From Chiloscyllium plagiosum (Eukaryota), in the NCBI RefSeq assembly GCF_004010195.1, contig NC_057719.1, positions 25,473,710 through 25,530,912 of the forward strand: DNA of 57,203 nt. The letters run 5' to 3'. Made by a program: the position numbers and the translations under genes. The notes under the pieces are model-generated. The model worked only from the letters and a program-made list of their open reading frames with translations. It made no database searches and was not told the DNA's origin. Within the stretch, counting starts at the first letter, position 1, and each line of letters starts with the position of its first letter. Shown piece after piece: positions 52,021-57,203 of the stretch.

Positions 52021-53253
52021 TCTAAGTTGGACATCGACTTCCTTGTTTTAACAATCTGAACTATTCTGCTTAGCAAACCTTTGTACATGTTGCTGACTTT
52101 AATCAGGAAACTTGAAACTGCAATAATTATTACTCTGCCAACATAAACAGTAAATAAATAGATTAACTGCATCGTTCTCCTAATTACTGTTAAATGCAGA
52201 GACCATTGGTTCTAACAGTAAACAGCAAGAACCTTTTTAGTAGAAATTATGTACTAAGACACTTAGACCATGGACAAAAATAGATATGTAAAGGATTTTT
52301 GCTCAGTAATATAATCTTGTTTTTTCTGAACTTCAAATTACCTAAATTATAGGTCAGCGTTTGTTGATCCACAATACTTTATATGATTAAGAGAGCAAAA
52401 CACATGATGGAAAGAGGTGACAATGGGACAAAGCAATCCATTCTACAGCACTCCGACTTGACTGAAAGTAACATTTATAATTCCTGCCTCTTTCCAAAGG
52501 AAGGAGAAAGAAAATTAAAATAGATATCAATTATAGTCTCGTCCCTGATGCTCATGTATCAACCAGAAGTGCAAAGCTAAGGGCTCTTTTCAAAAAAAGT
52601 ACCATTTCAATTTACTTCATTATTTCTACACATTGAGGCCAGCTATCTTTTAAAGTCAACTTGTCCAGGAATGTTATGAGATACCTCTTCAGCAGGTGGA
52701 ACTCAAGCTGCAGCCTCAGATATACGGAAACTACCACTGCATCACAAGAGCTATTACACATTTAGGCAAATGGAAAGCCTTCCATCTGCGTTACCTACAA
52801 ATACCCACACAGCTTAGGCAGACAGGCAGAAACACTTTGCTTCTTTATGTTTTAACCACTCTTTTCATCATACCTTCCTTCCTTTCTCATATCAGCCATC
52901 TTTGATGGCTTCAGAGTCAGATAATTTGTGCATTTTTACGTGATTCAAAGTAGCAACAGGTTGAGACTGTTTGAATTAATTTATGTAAGTAACTATTCAA
53001 CTAAACACAGGCTTTCACACTTTATACTGAATTTGAATGCAGAAAAATGCAACATGCAAACTGTATGCACCATCCAAGTTGCTCACCCACATTGAATGTG
53101 ATTTTCTAATTTTGAAATTTGGCAAAATAGCATTTAAATTACAGTAGCAATGACAAGAAAGTCAAACATTTTGCATGTTCAGAACCATACCTAAAAAATA
53201 CTAGTCACTGGTAAAGAGAAACAAGATTTATTTTTATTGAAACTGTTTCATAC

Positions 53254-53833
53254 CAAGTCCGTCAGTAGAATCATCCTGGACAGTGCTCTCCTCTATCGGC
53301 TTCATGTTAATGGTGCAAGTGGATGTTGAACTGAGACTGGAAGTTCGGGAATGACCTTTTGGTGCGGAAGGCTTTGTTATCTCCCGTTTGTTGTCTGCTC
53401 TGCCATTTAATGACTTTTCTGAACTGTTTAAGAAATCAAAGAGTTGGTCATCATTTGGCTCAGTCTTTTTTGGTCTGACAAACTGTGTTGAGGGTTTGCT
53501 ATGAGATGAGCTTGCAGTTGCACAGGCTGTAGTGTCAAAGGTGTGTGAAGAAGAGGACACATTAGAAGCTCCAGAAAGGAGGGTGGCCTTTTGTCTCCTA
53601 ATGTTACCAGCAGCAGAAGAAACATAACTAATACTCATGTGGGCTTGGTGATCAGATTTACTACTCGGCTCATTCAGGATAGAGTACTGACTGGAAGATC
53701 CAGCTTCACTGCTCAATGTTTGTGTTGTTGTTACATTTTCAATAGGAGTAGTTAGCAGTGCTGCTGCTGCACCCTGGTCCACTTTATTTAAGAAGTCTTC
53801 TGCCTTCCCTGCAAGCTCAACCAACCATGACAT
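53254..53833 (-). CDS. golga5: Golgin-84, coding exon 1 (exon begins at 53878, 45 nt of 5'UTR)
   Basis: MSWLVELAGKAEDFLNKVDQGAAAAL...KKTEPNDDQLFDFLNSS matches the vertebrate GOLGA5 N-terminus as recalled; polypyrimidine+AG acceptor at 53880-53879; donor G|gtatga, phase 1. Confidence 0.96.
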
Positions 53834-54559
53834 CCTGCACTACTGGTGTTGGAGCTGAAGGAAGTATCACGACATGACCTATTCAGAAAAAGAGCAAAAA
53901 AAAAGCACATTTAAATACCTGGAGGACATATGCAGCAAATGATTAACAGAAACAAATCAAAACAAACAATATATAGAACAGTAGTCAGTCTACAAAGTGC
54001 AGAACATTAAATACCGATTTACTCAAACTATCCAAACTGAACTGTGAGCAGTGCACTGACACTTACAGTACAAAACATGAGTTGTAAAGGTCTAACTAAA
54101 CAATGACCATCATATAAATGCGATTGGCTTCATAGGGAAAGGGGTATATTAATTTGATCCATTAACTTCAATGGTGAAATTTGCCAGAATGTACCATTGA
54201 ATTCTACTGGCTAATGTCCAAAATGAAATATAGATATGCACAAATGCCAAGACTGTGATTCTTCGCAGTGTTTGTACTTTTCAAAGTCACAAAGTAACTT
54301 AGCAGTGCAAAGTGGTTCACACCAGTTATTATTTTCTGAATGACACCTTATATTACCTCATAAATAGACAATGAAAGTAATGATTTGTTAATTTGTTTCT
54401 TTTTCGTGTTAATATTTGAGGAACAGGTTCTAACCAGGCCAATGCAACATCATGGAATCTTTACCATTCATCCATATGGTCTCGTGAACCTTAGTTTAAT
54501 ATGACTTGAAGAATGACAAATAGCAAGAACAAATATGAGCTCTGCTTGAATCAGTAGTC

Positions 54560-54750
54560 TTCAAAAAGGAAATAACAAAACTCAGGTCTGGCAATGTATG
54601 TAGGGATAAATCAGAGTAATGGTTTAAGTCTGGTGACTCTTCATCAGAACTGTTCAGATAAGTCAGACTCAACATTCACTCTGATTTTTCCCCTCACAGA
54701 TGCTGTCAGTACTACTGAGTTTCACCAGCAATTGAGCTCCAGTATCTACA
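54560..54750. mobile_element. Old Penelope-derived fold-back insert
   Basis: Minus strand ctgatga-a-gagtc-acca-gactt-aaa; agatgctg...ctgagtttcaccagca terminus. Confidence 0.55.
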
Positions 54751-55630
54751 GTTCTTTATATTATATCACAAGACAGACATTTCACAGTAGCTGTTAATTC
54801 TACCAGAACAGCAGAAACATGCAGTTATAAACTAAGTCCACAAACACAGGTAGGGCAGCATTGATATTTTATTCACATAAAGACATATATGGAAATCTCA
54901 ACTTTAATAATGTATTTTATAGGAATTAAAGTTTGCAAATTGTCTGTGCGTGACACATTTGAGTCTTTATTCAACAGCAACCTCAAATGCTGCTGGTGGC
55001 AAATGTGGTGACAGGAAGATTCATTGACCAGTAGTAGGAAATGGTTAGTCTCTATAGTGGAGATAGTACTGACCTAGCACTTGTATACCATAAATACTCT
55101 ACCTCAAAATGCAAGTAATGCTTATAGGATNNNNNNNNNNNNNNNNNNNNNNNNNNNNNNNNNNNNNNNNNNNNNNNNNNNNNNNNNNNNNNNNNNNNNN
55201 NNNNNNNNNNNNNNNNNNNNNNNNNNNNNNNNNNNNNNNNNNNNNNNNNNNNNNNNNNNNNNNNNNNNNNNNNNNNNNNNNNNNNNNNNNNNNNNNNNNN
55301 NNNNNNNNNNNNNNNNNNNNNNNNNNNNNNNNNNNNNNNNNNNNNNNNNNNNNNNNNNNNNNNNNNNNNNNNNNNNNNNNNNNNNNNNNNNNNNNNNNNN
55401 NNNNNNNNNNNNNNNNNNNNNNNNNNNNNNNNNNNNNNNNNNNNNNNNNNNNNNNNNNNNNNNNNNNNNNNNNNNNNNNNNNNNNNNNNNNNNNNNNNNN
55501 NNNNNNNNNNNNNNNNNNNNNNNNNNNNNNNNNNNNNNNNNNNNNNNNNNNNNNNNNNNNNNNNNNNNNNNNNNNNNNNNNNNNNNNNNNNNNNNNNNNN
55601 NNNNNNNNNNNNNNNNNNNNNNNNNNNNNN

Positions 55631-57203
55631 GTTATACTGTACATGACGGGGACAGGGGAGTGGGTATATACTGTACACGACGGGGGAGTGGGGGTATACT
55701 GTACACAACGGGGGAGTCGGTGTATATTGTACATGACGGGGGAGTGGGGGTATACTGTACACGACGGGGCGGTGGGTACTTACTGTACACAACGGGGGAG
55801 TGGGTGTATATTGTACACGACGGGGGAGTGGGTGTATACTGTACAGAGTGGGGGAGTGGGGGTATTAATTACACGATGGGGGAGTGGGGGTATACTGTGC
55901 ACGACGGGGGTGTGGAGATATACTGTACACAGCAGGAGAGTGGGTATATACTGTACACGACAGGGAGTGGGTATATACTGTACACGACGGGGGAGAGCAT
56001 ATGTATTGTACACGACGGGGGAGTGGGTATATACTGTACANNNNNNNNNNNNNNNNNNNNNNNNNNNNNNNNNNNNNNNGTGCGAATATACTGTACATGA
56101 CGGGGGAGTGGGTATATACTGTACACGACAGGAGGTGGGGGCATACTGTGCGCGACGGGGGAGTGGGTATATACTGTACACGACAGGGGAGTGGGTATAT
56201 ACTGCACATGACGGGGAGTGGGTATATACTGTACACGACGGGGGATGGGGGTATACTGTACACGACGGGGGATGGGGGTATACTGTACACGACGGGGGAG
56301 TGGGTGTATATTGTACACGACAGGGGAGTGGATGTATATTGTACACGACGGGGGAGTGGGTATATACTGTACACGACAGGGGAGTGGATGTATATTGTAC
56401 ACGACGGGGAGTGGGTATATACTGTACACGACGGGGAGAGGATATATATTGTACACGACGGGGGTGTGGGTATATACTGTACACGACGGGCGAGTGGTAT
56501 ATATTGCACACGATGGGGGAGTGGATATATACTGTACACGACGGGGGTGCATATTGTACACGACGGGGGAGTGGGTATATACTGTACACGACGGGGGAGT
56601 GGGTATATACTGTACATGACAGGGGAGTGGATGTATATTGTACACGACGGGGGAGTGGGTACATACAGTACACGATGGGGGAGTGAGTACATACTGTACA
56701 CGAAGGGGGAGTGGGTATATACTGTACACGAGGGGGGAGGGTGTATACTGTACACGACGGTGCAGTGGGTGTATACTGTACACGACGGGGCAGTGCGAAT
56801 ATACTGTACACAATGGGGTAGTGGGTATATACTGTGCACGACGGGAGAGTGGGTATATACTGTACACAACGGGGGAGTGGGTATATACTGTACGCGACGG
56901 GTGTGGGTGTATATTGTACATGATGGCGGAGTGGGGGTATACTGTACACGACGGGGCAGTGGGTATATACTGTATACGAGGGGAGAGTGAGGGTATACTG
57001 TACATGTCGGAGGGTGGGTATATACTGTACACGGGGGAGTGGGCATATACTGTACACGACGGGGGCGTGGGTATGTACTGTACACGACAGGGGGGGTGGG
57101 TATATACTGTACATGATGGGGGAGTGGGTATATACTGTACACGACAGGGGAGTGGTGTATATTTGTACACGACGGGGAGTGGGTATATACTGTACACGAC
57201 GGG
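55631..57203. repeat. G-rich minisatellite, 28-bp unit, about 55 copies, running off the window
   Basis: Consensus tatactgtacacgacgggggagtgggta. Confidence 0.97.

Noticed and set aside
55052..57197. Long 340-525 aa ORFs on both strands
   Set aside because: Translations of a stop-free 28-bp tandem repeat and N gaps; no protein features

Overview
Eukaryotic genomic DNA, very probably from a shark (inferred from HE1-type V-SINEs, a DeuSINE and dense CR1/Penelope repeats). The only supportable host gene is golga5 (golgin-84) on the minus strand: 12 coding exons from ATG 53833 to TGA 12755, 2223 nt or 740 aa, phase-consistent throughout, with one apparent GC-AG intron. Its non-coding first exon and promoter were not found. 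The rest is decayed retroelements (several CR1 families, L2, one L1, Penelope, SINEs, a solo LTR), a 28-bp G-rich minisatellite and assembly gaps. Most notable: (i) hammerhead-ribozyme motifs in short fold-back Penelope-derived inserts, including one fully intact minimal hammerhead at 40986-41025; (ii) a 905-bp chimeric insert with a CR1 tail that splits another CR1 cleanly; (iii) a ~265-bp local inverted duplication. All calls are by eye; repeat family names and boundaries are approximate. I found no convincing new protein-coding system.
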